Assembly: GCA_964347795.1 (NCBI GenBank)
Contig: CAYFZX010000001.1
Location: 2,202-66,201 of the forward strand
Length of the DNA stretch: 64,000 bases
DNA from: an uncultured Methanomassiliicoccales archaeon
Lineage (GTDB): Archaea > Thermoplasmatota > Thermoplasmata > RBG-16-68-12 > JAJISG01
Direction: 5' to 3'
Shown: positions 55,794-64,000 of the stretch, one piece after another
How the letters are laid out: each line of letters opens with the position of its first letter
Position numbering within the stretch: position 1 is the first letter of the stretch
Position numbers and translations under genes: made by a program
Notes under the pieces: generated by a model
The model's database searches: none
Told to the model about the DNA's origin: nothing
What the model saw: the letters and a program-made list of their open reading frames with translations, nothing else

Positions 55794-57446
55794 CTACCCG
55801 AGGACCAAGATGAGAGGCAGGAGAAGGGACCCCATCAGGTGGACTCGCCGAACGCCGACCAAGGGGGGAAGAAGTCCCACGAGGGTCGCAGTGAGAGCGA
55901 TGAGGAGGCCTGCTAGTCCGGAGAAGATAACGATGATCCCCACCAAGAGAAGCAAGATGGTCAACACCATCTTGTTGTAGGGGACCCGGTTGGCAACTCG
56001 GGCGAAGAGACCGCCGAAGAAGGGCGTTATGCAGAAGGAGACTCCTGCCGCTACGGCGGCGGCCACCAACAGGAGAATGAGAGCGAGGGGCATCGCGCTT
56101 GAAGGTTCCCACGCGGTCATCCGAGGGTCCAGGATACTCTGCACCGCGACCATCCCGCCGCTTCGAGCTCTCAGCAAGACGAAAAGGGCGACTATTGTGA
56201 AGAAGGCCGTGGCGGTGTTGACGCACGACAGGGATAGGATGAACTCCTCATCACCCTTCTCCTCTTCATCGTGTCCGCCTGATAGGAGCTTCGACATCAC
56301 TGTGGCCGTGGCCGCCGTGATACCCGGTATCCAGGCGACGAAAGCGCCGGCGAGGGACCCGCTGAGAATGGCCCTCGTCTTCGCGAGGGGCGAGAGGCTG
56401 GTGGCATCGGGCTTGAGGTGCTGCTTAGGTATCCTGGGCGTATGGCGAAGGCTGATGGCGAGGGTGGGTAGGCCGAAAAGCCCCGTGAAGAGCGGAAGGA
56501 ACATGATGGTCCGTGGATCTCCCCGGAGTCCCTCGACTAGGAAGAAGTTCCACGCGAAGAGGGACGTCGACAAGACCGCGTATCCCAGGCAGCCCGCGAG
56601 CAGGAAGACGAGGAGGGCCCAGCCCCTCTGCACGATTGCGTTAGACCTTCGGATTCTAGACTCGGGGGCCACGAAGAGCCCGACTTCCCCATCAAGGGGG
56701 TGCTCGCTGGTCCCCAGCAACAATACCTTCACGCTGCCGTCCTCGTCTTCAATCCTGACGTAGCCCTCGGCCCGTTCCGCTACATGTCCTCGCAGCAAGA
56801 AGGCGCTCCCCTGAAATCCGGCCGCCTGAGAAGGGGACACCTGCCGGACACCGGGGGGATCCTCGTCCTTCCCCAGAATTCCCTCCGGCAGCACGCAGGC
56901 GAGTTCTGGCCGCACCGCCGCGGACCTCGCGGGTTCTGCGACCAACAGGATCGCAACAACCAGCAGAAGGAGGAGGGGGAGGAAGGGACGCAGATCCTCG
57001 TAGGCATTGATGGGAGGCCCCATAACCAACGTGAGGGGTAGGATCAGAAGGACAGACAGCAGGGCAGCCGCCCCACTGCCTAGGGCGGAGATCCTGACCG
57101 CTGCCAGGCCCCTCCCCTGCAACAACATCCGGTGGCCTGGAAGAACGGAGAGGGCGGTCTCGGCTTCCGGGGCGCCGAGGAAAATGGATGGGACGTAGTC
57201 CAAGAAGGTGTGGGCGATGACGTTGCCGATGATGAGAGCGGCGACCATGGTGGCGAGATCCGTGACGGTCGGCGCTGCCCACGAGAAGAGGCTGGCGGCG
57301 AAGGCAAGTAGAGAAGCCTGCAAGGCAAGGACCAGGGCAGCGACGGTGTTGACGTGGAGTCCTGGAAGCAGACCTGTCGCGACACCCGCAGCCGTCCCTA
57401 GGAGGGCAAAGGCCACGACACTCAGGAGGAGGAGGGACAAGTCCAC
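55794..57446 (-). CDS. Polytopic membrane protein (TctA/DUF112-like); function uncertain
   Basis: 550 aa, many TM helices, with a central hydrophilic insert. Confidence 0.4.
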   Translation of the reverse strand: MDLSLLLLSVVAFALLGTAAGVATGLLPGLHVNTVAALVLALQASLLAFAASLFSWAAPTVTDLATMVAALIIGNVIAHTFLDYVPSIFLGAPEAETALSVLPGHRMLLQGRGLAAVRISALGSGAAALLSVLLILPLTLVMGPPINAYEDLRPFLPLLLLLVVAILLVAEPARSAAVRPELACVLPEGILGKDEDPPGVRQVSPSQAAGFQGSAFLLRGHVAERAEGYVRIEDEDGSVKVLLLGTSEHPLDGEVGLFVAPESRIRRSNAIVQRGWALLVFLLAGCLGYAVLSTSLFAWNFFLVEGLRGDPRTIMFLPLFTGLFGLPTLAISLRHTPRIPKQHLKPDATSLSPLAKTRAILSGSLAGAFVAWIPGITAATATVMSKLLSGGHDEEEKGDEEFILSLSCVNTATAFFTIVALFVLLRARSGGMVAVQSILDPRMTAWEPSSAMPLALILLLVAAAVAAGVSFCITPFFGGLFARVANRVPYNKMVLTILLLLVGIIVIFSGLAGLLIALTATLVGLLPPLVGVRRVHLMGSLLLPLILVLG

Positions 57447-57500
57447 GAAGCGGGAGCGTCGCCCGCACCAAAACCTATCCAGTCTACATGTAGTGTGCGA

Positions 57501-59069
57501 TCAGCCCTCATCCGCCGCAGCCCACCCTCCCCCTCCAGGAGTCTCGACAATAACAGTGTCTCCTTTCCGGATGCCCATGGTAACCTTGGAGGGCAGAGGA
57601 ACCGTCTCCTCACCACGGAGGAGGGTGTTGCGCCCCGTCTCACCATCCTGACCGCCGCGGATCCCCCGGGGTGGAAAGATCCTCCGGTCAGAGATGATAG
57701 ACAAAGTGCCGGCCTCACCAAGGAACCTCACCGCCCGTCTTACACCATTTCCACCCCGAAACCTCCCAGAACCACCGGAGTCCTTCCTCAGCCTGTACTC
57801 CTCGACGCGAAGCGGGTAGGCCATCTCCAGAGCTTCGACGGGAGTGTTCATGGTGTTTGTCATGTGGGTCTGAATACCGCTCATCCCATCGCGGAACGGC
57901 AACGCACCTTCTCCACCGGCTATGGTCTCGTAGTAGGCAAACTCTCCGCCCCCGAACTTGCCACCTATCAGGAGGTTGTTCATCGTCCCCTGTGACTGAG
58001 CTGGGACGACTTCGGGAAGCGCTTCCGACATAGCCTTGAACAACACGTCTACGATCCTCTGTGAGGTCTCTACGTTGCCGGCGGCGACGGCCGCTGGCTT
58101 CGTCGGATTGAGCAGACACCCATCGGGCACGTGCACCTCCACCGACCTGAAGCAGCCATCGTTTGGAGGGGCTTCGGGGTCGGAGAGACACCGCACGACG
58201 TAGTAGACGCTCGAAAGCGTTACGGCGTAAGGAGCGTTCAGGTTTCCTTCAGACATGCCCTGAGTGCCCTCGAAGTCAACCCTCAGGCGGTCCTCCCTAG
58301 CAGAGACCTCGGCCTTGATGCTGAGTGGTTCGTCGAAAACGCCATCGTCGTCCAGCCAATCCTCGGCCTCGTAGGTACCCTCCTGCACCCTGGCCAGGGC
58401 GGCGCGCACCCTGCGGTCGCTGTACGCCATCACTTCTTCGCAGAACTCGTGGAATGTTTCCAGGCTATATTTCTCGAGGTTCGAGATGAAACGGCGCGTC
58501 CCTGTGAAGTTGGCAGCGGCCTGGGACCGGAGGTCGCCGAGACGCTCGCGAGGGTCCCTCATGCCCTTCCTGATCCTTCCTTCAATGACCGGACTCAACC
58601 GACCATTGGCATAGAGCTTCTGGGGCGAGATGAGGACGCCCTCCTCGAAGATAACGCGGCTCCCGCTCGGCATGGATCCCGGAGCCGTGCCACCCACGTC
58701 TGCGTGGTGGGCCTTGTTGGCCACGTACCCCACGAGCTCTCCTCGCCAAAACACGGGGGCGATCACGGTGATGTCGTTAAGGTGGGAACCGCCCTGGTAC
58801 GGGTCATTGAGTATGATCTGGTCCCCCGCCTCCAGAGGCTCCCTGAACGATGCCATGACCGTGCGGATCGCGAGGGGCATTGAGCCCAAGTGAACGGGGA
58901 TGTGCTCCGCCTGGGCAACCATCCGCCCCTTCGCGTCGAATATCGCGCAGCTGGCGTCCATCCTCTCCTTGATGTTGGGGCTGTAGGAGGTCCGACGAAG
59001 GACCTGGCCCATTTCCTCGGGGATGAAGGTGAAGGCGTTCTTCAACACCTCGAGAGAGACCGGGTCCAT
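57501..59069 (-). CDS. Hydantoinase B / oxoprolinase family (HyuB)
   Basis: MDPVSLEVLKNAF...DPYQGGSHLNDITVIAPVF... HyuB pattern. The start is the internal ATG. Confidence 0.85.
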   Translation of the reverse strand: MDPVSLEVLKNAFTFIPEEMGQVLRRTSYSPNIKERMDASCAIFDAKGRMVAQAEHIPVHLGSMPLAIRTVMASFREPLEAGDQIILNDPYQGGSHLNDITVIAPVFWRGELVGYVANKAHHADVGGTAPGSMPSGSRVIFEEGVLISPQKLYANGRLSPVIEGRIRKGMRDPRERLGDLRSQAAANFTGTRRFISNLEKYSLETFHEFCEEVMAYSDRRVRAALARVQEGTYEAEDWLDDDGVFDEPLSIKAEVSAREDRLRVDFEGTQGMSEGNLNAPYAVTLSSVYYVVRCLSDPEAPPNDGCFRSVEVHVPDGCLLNPTKPAAVAAGNVETSQRIVDVLFKAMSEALPEVVPAQSQGTMNNLLIGGKFGGGEFAYYETIAGGEGALPFRDGMSGIQTHMTNTMNTPVEALEMAYPLRVEEYRLRKDSGGSGRFRGGNGVRRAVRFLGEAGTLSIISDRRIFPPRGIRGGQDGETGRNTLLRGEETVPLPSKVTMGIRKGDTVIVETPGGGGWAAADEG

Positions 59070-61003
59070 CAGCCCACCTCGATCCTGAGACAGCCGGTTT
59101 CGTCCACGGTCAGAGAGGAATCCTGATCCAGTGCCGTTGTGGCCGTGTCCTCCTCCACGATGAGGGGTCCTTCGGCCTGGAAACCGGGTGGAAGATGTTT
59201 TCGTTGAGAGACGTGGACCGTCGCCCAACCGTCACGTGTCAACACCTCTCTCCTGGATGGCTCCCGGTGTGGCTGATAGGGGGGCGGATGGATGGGCTTC
59301 GGCCGCTCCACCAAAGCCGTCAGCCGTACGTTGACCACCTCCACAGGTTCGCCCTCCATAGAATACCCGAAACGGGCCTCGTGGAGACGATGAAATTCTG
59401 TACTCATCTCCTCTGCTAACGGAACGTTGATCTCGTAGCTCTGGCCCTTGTATCGAAGGTCTAAGGACCGGAGGATGACAGCCTCGTCCCTGCTGAAGGA
59501 CTGTACTTCCAGCTCCTTTTCGGCCTCTTCCTCCATCACCCTCCAGGCGGCCTCTAGCCCCTCTGCCGGACCCTCCAGAGGGCGTGGCATACTCCTTCCG
59601 TAATCCAGTCGAACGTCGGACAGGAGGATACCGTAGGCGGAGAAGGCTCCCGGAATGGGAGGGATCACGACCTCTGTCATGTTCAACTCTCGGGCGACCT
59701 CGACCGCGTGCATGGGTCCCGCCCCCCCGAAGGCCACCAGGGCAAATTCCCTAGGGTCCAGACCGCGCTTCGCGAATGACAAAGAGGCCGATCGCACCAT
59801 ATTGGAAACCACGACCCGCCTCACGCCGGACAGCAGCTCATCAAGACCCAGGCCGAGATACTGACTCAACCTCTGGGCGCCCCGGAAGGACGGAGTCCGT
59901 TTCAAGGGCATCTTGCCCCCCAGTAAGGTCTCGCCTAGGACACCACTCACGAGGTCTACGTCCGTTAGGGTGAGATCTCTGCCACCGAGATCATAACACA
60001 TGGGCCCGGGCTCCGCCCCCGCGCTCCTGGGCCCCACCCGCAACGCCCCACCCTCATCCACCCAAGAGATGGACCCACCTCCCGCGCCGATGGTGGAGAT
60101 GTCGAGCACTGGGAGAGCTAGCGGGTGCCCCCCGATCTGCGCCTCCGTAGTCCACACCGGTTGCCCACCGGTCATCAAGGAGATGTCCGTGCTCGTACCC
60201 CCCATGTCCAGTGCCATCAGGTTGTCGAGGTCCAAGGTTTCAGCCAGAGATTTGGCCCCGGCAACCCCGCCGGCAGGACCCGAAAGAACCATTTCCACGG
60301 GGCGCCGTCGTAGACTTTCTGCTTCACGCAGTCCTCCGTTCGATCTCATGATGTAAAGACGGGCCCCGAGCTGCTCGCGCAGGCGGGAGAGGTAGCCTCT
60401 GACCAGTGGACCGACGAGGGCATCCAAAACTGTGGTCGAGGTCCGCTCGTACTCTCGAAACTCGGGAAGCACCTCCGAGGAGAGCGAGACATTATAGCGG
60501 GAGCCCACAGCGTCTGCTACGAGCCGCTCGTGCTCCGGATTCTGAAAGGAGAAGAGGAAGCTTACGGCCACGGATTCCACGTTGCAGGCCTCGAGTTCCT
60601 TCAGAAGTGTGGTCAATTCGCCCTTCGACAGAGCCAGGATCACCTCCCCCTTAGGACCGATTCTCTCCCTCAGGCCGATTGTCCTCTCGGGGGAGACGAG
60701 GGGCTCTGGACGCGTTGCCGTGAAGTCGTAGAGCTTGGGCCTGTTCTGTCGGCCGATGACCAACAGGTCCTCGAACCCCGCCGTGGTCACGAGGGCGGTG
60801 GCCGCACCTCTCCCCTCGAGAACCGCGTTGGTTGCCAACGTCGTGCCGTGGCCTACGGCGTCGAGCTGCCACCCCTCCAGCCCTCTCAGGAGGACCTCCT
60901 CTGGGTGTCGGGGCGTGGAGGGAAGCTTGAATGCTTCGATGGTCTCCCCCCGCAGACCCACGAAGTCTGTGAATGTACCGCCAACGTCAACGCCCGCGTG
61001 CAA
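59069..61003 (-). CDS. Hydantoinase A / oxoprolinase family (HyuA)
   Basis: MHAGVDVGGTFTDFV... HyuA N-terminus and the full-length pattern. Its stop overlaps the hyuB start. Confidence 0.85.
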   Translation of the reverse strand: MHAGVDVGGTFTDFVGLRGETIEAFKLPSTPRHPEEVLLRGLEGWQLDAVGHGTTLATNAVLEGRGAATALVTTAGFEDLLVIGRQNRPKLYDFTATRPEPLVSPERTIGLRERIGPKGEVILALSKGELTTLLKELEACNVESVAVSFLFSFQNPEHERLVADAVGSRYNVSLSSEVLPEFREYERTSTTVLDALVGPLVRGYLSRLREQLGARLYIMRSNGGLREAESLRRRPVEMVLSGPAGGVAGAKSLAETLDLDNLMALDMGGTSTDISLMTGGQPVWTTEAQIGGHPLALPVLDISTIGAGGGSISWVDEGGALRVGPRSAGAEPGPMCYDLGGRDLTLTDVDLVSGVLGETLLGGKMPLKRTPSFRGAQRLSQYLGLGLDELLSGVRRVVVSNMVRSASLSFAKRGLDPREFALVAFGGAGPMHAVEVARELNMTEVVIPPIPGAFSAYGILLSDVRLDYGRSMPRPLEGPAEGLEAAWRVMEEEAEKELEVQSFSRDEAVILRSLDLRYKGQSYEINVPLAEEMSTEFHRLHEARFGYSMEGEPVEVVNVRLTALVERPKPIHPPPYQPHREPSRREVLTRDGWATVHVSQRKHLPPGFQAEGPLIVEEDTATTALDQDSSLTVDETGCLRIEVG

Positions 61004-61114
61004 CTGGGAGTGGATGGTGGCGCCGCATAAAGGGTTGTTTGCACGGGGAATAACCAGGCGGGAAGACTTAATTCTGAGACGTTCGATGGGTCACCTGGTG
61101 AGACCATCGGCGAC

Positions 61115-61834
61115 TTGATAGAGGTCAGGAAGTTCAAGGAATTCGACCTCCGCGGCGGGACCGTCATCGAGGCCATTCCTACCGTGGGCCTATCCAGTAG
61201 CATCGCCTCCAGCTACCTGATTAGTAGCCTTGGGCTCGACCAGATCTCCGCCCTTGAGTCCGAGGCCTTCCCTCCAGTCTCTATGATCTATTCTAAGAAA
61301 CCGAAATTTCCGGCCAGAATCTACGCCCGCGAGGACCTGAAGCTTGCGGTGTTCATCAGCGAAGTTCCCATGTCACCCAACCTGCATCGACCGTTGGCCC
61401 AGACCCTCCTGGACTGGACCCGGGACCAGGCATGCCAGGAAATCATATGCATGGAGGGACTCCCAGTGGCCGAACACACAAACGACCTGGGACTCTGGGG
61501 CGTGGGAAGCACGGAAGAGGCCAGGAAGAAGCTAGACGAATCAGGCGTTGAGCAGCTGGAGATCGGGATGATCCCGGGAGTCTCAGGCGTTCTCCTCAAC
61601 GAAGGGCGTTGGGTCAAGTTCGATGTCATCAGCCTTGTGGCGGAGACCCGCGGGGTCGTTCCTGACTCCTTGGCGGCCGCGAAACTCGTGGAGGCTGTTG
61701 ACAAGCTCCTGCCGCAGGTGACGATCCCTATTGAACCCCTCGTCGAGCAGGCCAAGAGGATCCAGGAACACTTGGCGGCACTCCAAGAGCAGGCCAAACC
61801 CGCCATGGAAACCCGAATGCCGATGTACGGCTAG
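61115..61834 (+). CDS. PAC2-family proteasome assembly chaperone (PbaA/PbaB-like) ending in a C-terminal M-Y-G tripeptide that fits the HbYX pattern
   Basis: PAC2 pattern (IEAIPTVGLSSSIASSYLISSLGLDQISALESEAFPPV). The protein ends ...RMPMYG. Confidence 0.6.
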   Translation: MIEVRKFKEFDLRGGTVIEAIPTVGLSSSIASSYLISSLGLDQISALESEAFPPVSMIYSKKPKFPARIYAREDLKLAVFISEVPMSPNLHRPLAQTLLDWTRDQACQEIICMEGLPVAEHTNDLGLWGVGSTEEARKKLDESGVEQLEIGMIPGVSGVLLNEGRWVKFDVISLVAETRGVVPDSLAAAKLVEAVDKLLPQVTIPIEPLVEQAKRIQEHLAALQEQAKPAMETRMPMYG

Positions 61835-61904
61835 CCCTCTTGTTGCATCAGAGATCCCCTCGCGGCTTGCCGCAACCGAATGGCCAAAGCGGGTAGAATC
61901 CAGC

Positions 61905-62315
61905 CTAGACAAGTCCCAATCGTTGTAGCTCGATCTTCATGCACCTGTCTTGGACTACCTTCAGCCCCGCATCTCGCGCCTTCTGCGCGGCCTCGTCGTT
62001 CCTGATTCCAAGCTGCATCCAGATGACCTTGGCGTCCGTCTCAAGGGCATCGTCCACCACGGGTCCGACCTGCTCAGAAGGCCGGAAGATCTCCACGATT
62101 TGTACGGGGGAAGGGACGTCCTTCACGTTGGGGTAGGTTTTCTCCCCCAGGATCTCGTCGCTGAAAGGATTCACGGGCACAATCCGGTAACCGTGATCCT
62201 GTAAGAATCGGGGAATGTTGTGGGCGTCCTTCGCGGGGTTGCTGGAACACCCGACAACCGCCACGGTCCTGTACGTCGTCAGAATCTCCCGAATCACATC
62301 GTCGTCCGTCACCAT
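61905..62315 (-). CDS. CoA-binding domain protein
   Basis: TVAVVGCSSNPAKDAHNIPRFLQDHGYRIVPVNP CoA_binding pattern. Confidence 0.7.
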   Translation of the reverse strand: MVTDDDVIREILTTYRTVAVVGCSSNPAKDAHNIPRFLQDHGYRIVPVNPFSDEILGEKTYPNVKDVPSPVQIVEIFRPSEQVGPVVDDALETDAKVIWMQLGIRNDEAAQKARDAGLKVVQDRCMKIELQRLGLV

Positions 62316-62347
62316 CCCCCTAGGTAGAGGCTCCTCCTTGAAAGCCC

Positions 62348-63022
62348 TTACAGTTGGAGGGCGGTTGGAAGCTCCTGCAGGCTCCTCAGCCTCGGAACCT
62401 CACGTTGACTGGTGCCCTCTCTATCGAGAAGGAAGGCCTCGAGGCCGGCGTTGGTGGCTCCGAGATAGTCGATGTAGTAGCTGTCTCCCACGTGGACCGT
62501 CTCTGCCGCATCAACCTCGAGAGACGAGAGTGCAACGAGGAATATCTCTTCCTGAGGCTTATCGAACCCCAACAGGTCGGATACCGTGATGGCGTCAAAA
62601 TACGGGGCAACCCCGAGGCGAAAGAGGAGAGGAATGAGTTCTTTGGAACCGTTGGAGACCACGGCCAGCTTCAACCCAGCGTTCTTGATCGCCCGGATTG
62701 CGGGAAGGGCGTCCTCATACAGACTTCGGAATTGAGGCGATTGTAGAAGGCGCATGTACTCCTGGAACACGTCCTCCAAGTGCCTGCCTAGGCCCGTCTC
62801 TTGCCTCAGCGCGTCCATGTACAAAATCCGGAACCGGGGGTAGTTCGCCAGCAGCAAGTCTTGCCTCTCCTCTAGCAGGGACTCCACCGCATTGAAGGCC
62901 TTCTCCACACTTCGCCTCGACACCTCCAACTCCTTCTCGCGACATGCCTCGAAGAACACGGCGGGCTTTGAGACGTCCAAGCGGGTTATCACCCCACCGG
63001 AGTCCAGAAAGACGGCCTTCAT
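62348..63022 (-). CDS. HAD-superfamily hydrolase (subfamily IA)
   Basis: Motif I VFLDSGGV, motif II VVSNGS, motif III GDSYYID. Confidence 0.7.
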   Translation of the reverse strand: MKAVFLDSGGVITRLDVSKPAVFFEACREKELEVSRRSVEKAFNAVESLLEERQDLLLANYPRFRILYMDALRQETGLGRHLEDVFQEYMRLLQSPQFRSLYEDALPAIRAIKNAGLKLAVVSNGSKELIPLLFRLGVAPYFDAITVSDLLGFDKPQEEIFLVALSSLEVDAAETVHVGDSYYIDYLGATNAGLEAFLLDREGTSQREVPRLRSLQELPTALQL

Positions 63023-63172
63023 CGTGTCGGCCAAGGAGAGGGGCCTGATAATCGTTTAGTCTGAGACACGGTGGCCGCTTCCCTCGGGGTTCAATCACGT
63101 TCAGTCTCGGTCTGTATTGTATTTACGCAGCCCTAAAGGCTGCACTCCCCTCTCCCCTAGTAGGTCAGAATC

Positions 63173-63787
63173 ATGGCTGAGAAACTGGACCTTCGGAAGG
63201 AGTTGAAGCACCTCTACTCAAGTCCCAAGAAGCCGAACATGATCGATGTCCCACCCGGCAAGTTCCTCGCCTATCAGGGACGAGGCGAGCCCGGTGGCCA
63301 AGATTACGTGGCTTCAATTGGGGCCCTCTACCCTGTCGCCTATACCCTCAAGTTCAAGCTGAAAGCCCAGGGGAGGGACTTCACCGTGCTGCCCTTAGAG
63401 GGACTATGGTGGTCTGAGGATCCAGAGGAGTCCTTCTACAACCTTCCGAAGGAGAAATGGAGCTGGAAATCGATGATCCGCCAGCCCGACTTCGTCACCT
63501 CGGATCTAGTGGAGGCGGCCAAACAGGAAGCCAAGGCGAAGAAGGGATTGGCCGAAATCGACAGGGTGGGGTTGGAGGAGTTTCATGAAGGACTCTCCGT
63601 CCAGATCATGCACATCGGGCCCTATGCTGAGGAGGAACCGACCATTGAGAGACTCCACGAGTTCATTCGCGGAGAGGGCTACCGAGCGCGTGGCCACCAT
63701 CACGAGATTTACCTCAGCGACCCCAATAGGACGGCCCCAGAGCGGCTAAAGACGATAATCAGGCAACCGGTTGAGAAGGCCGTATGA
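63173..63787 (+). CDS. GyrI-like small-molecule-binding domain protein
   Basis: ~200 aa GyrI-like/effector-binding pattern. Confidence 0.5.
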   Translation: MAEKLDLRKELKHLYSSPKKPNMIDVPPGKFLAYQGRGEPGGQDYVASIGALYPVAYTLKFKLKAQGRDFTVLPLEGLWWSEDPEESFYNLPKEKWSWKSMIRQPDFVTSDLVEAAKQEAKAKKGLAEIDRVGLEEFHEGLSVQIMHIGPYAEEEPTIERLHEFIRGEGYRARGHHHEIYLSDPNRTAPERLKTIIRQPVEKAV

Positions 63788-63793
63788 CGTGGA

Positions 63794-64000
63794 ATGAGGC
63801 ACACATCTCGTGGTGTCCAAAAATCTGCTCGATCTACCCCAACCAACCCTTATCTAGGGCCCTGGGCTTCACAAACCGTGCTTCGCCTGGTCAAAGAGGG
63901 GGCAGACCTAATCAGGCGAGCCTCTCACGTAGATATATACAGCCACATCGACCCCGATGGCATAACCTCAGGCACCATCGCGTCCGTCGTTCTGGAAAGG
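63794..64000 (+). CDS. DHH-family phosphoesterase (RecJ/GAN-like), 5' fragment that continues past the window
   Basis: ...VDIYSHIDPDGITSGTIAS is DHH motif I-II. The start is uncertain (ATG 63794 or GTG 63878). Confidence 0.5.
   Translation, partial: MRHTSRGVQKSARSTPTNPYLGPWASQTVLRLVKEGADLIRRASHVDIYSHIDPDGITSGTIASVVLER

Noticed and set aside
1-64000. Search for CRISPR arrays, rRNA genes and cas-like or defence-island genes
   Set aside because: No regularly spaced direct repeats of 25-40 bp, no rRNA-like conserved blocks and no nuclease/helicase defence gene families were recognised. The only repeats found are the short regulatory-type motifs reported above.

Overview
GC-rich (~60%+) archaeal chromosomal window with a mostly intact gene set, coding densely on both strands. 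It reads as five blocks.

(1) 1-16.3 kb is a sugar-catabolic island: trmI and HMG-CoA reductase, then a non-phosphorylative Entner-Doudoroff set (glycerate 2-kinase, KDG-aldolase/DapA-family, IlvD/EDD dehydratase, aldehyde dehydrogenase, archaeal glucose 1-dehydrogenase) linked to a GH15 glucoamylase/trehalase and a divergent TreT / trehalose-6-P phosphatase pair.

(2) 16.3-18.4 kb is an AT-richer insertion between two convergent genes. It carries two serine-recombinase-domain genes flanked by a 10-bp inverted repeat, with a 20-bp palindrome just upstream.

(3) 18.4-31.6 kb is informational and mevalonate-related: RFC large subunit, Tyw1/Taw1, a NOG1-like GTPase, PdxS, a UPF0200/UPF0201 pair, aconitase-X large subunit followed by an aconitase-X small subunit fused to a Nudix domain, IleRS and ornithine carbamoyltransferase.

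(4) 31.6-45.7 kb is a complete archaeal r-protein operon on the minus strand, L3 through SecY, with SUI1 and Rpp29 embedded. Its oddities are SAP-like N-terminal modules on uL4 and eL32, long charged tails on uS3 and uS5, and uL14/uL23 lacking in-frame start codons.

(5) 46-64 kb opens with three tandem Rab-like small GTPases showing a recent gene-conversion tract. It continues with LonB, NMNAT, an EamA transporter, a sugar-nucleotide module with a truncated phosphohexomutase, NRDE/TANGO2, a PurM-like protein, hydantoinase A/B, a PAC2-like protein with a C-terminal M-Y-G (HbYX-like) tripeptide, small hydrolases and a partial DHH phosphoesterase.

No CRISPR array, rRNA or convincing tRNA was found. 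Many long antisense ORFs in the supplied track are high-GC artefacts. All calls come from reading the translations against remembered family signatures; no database search was run.
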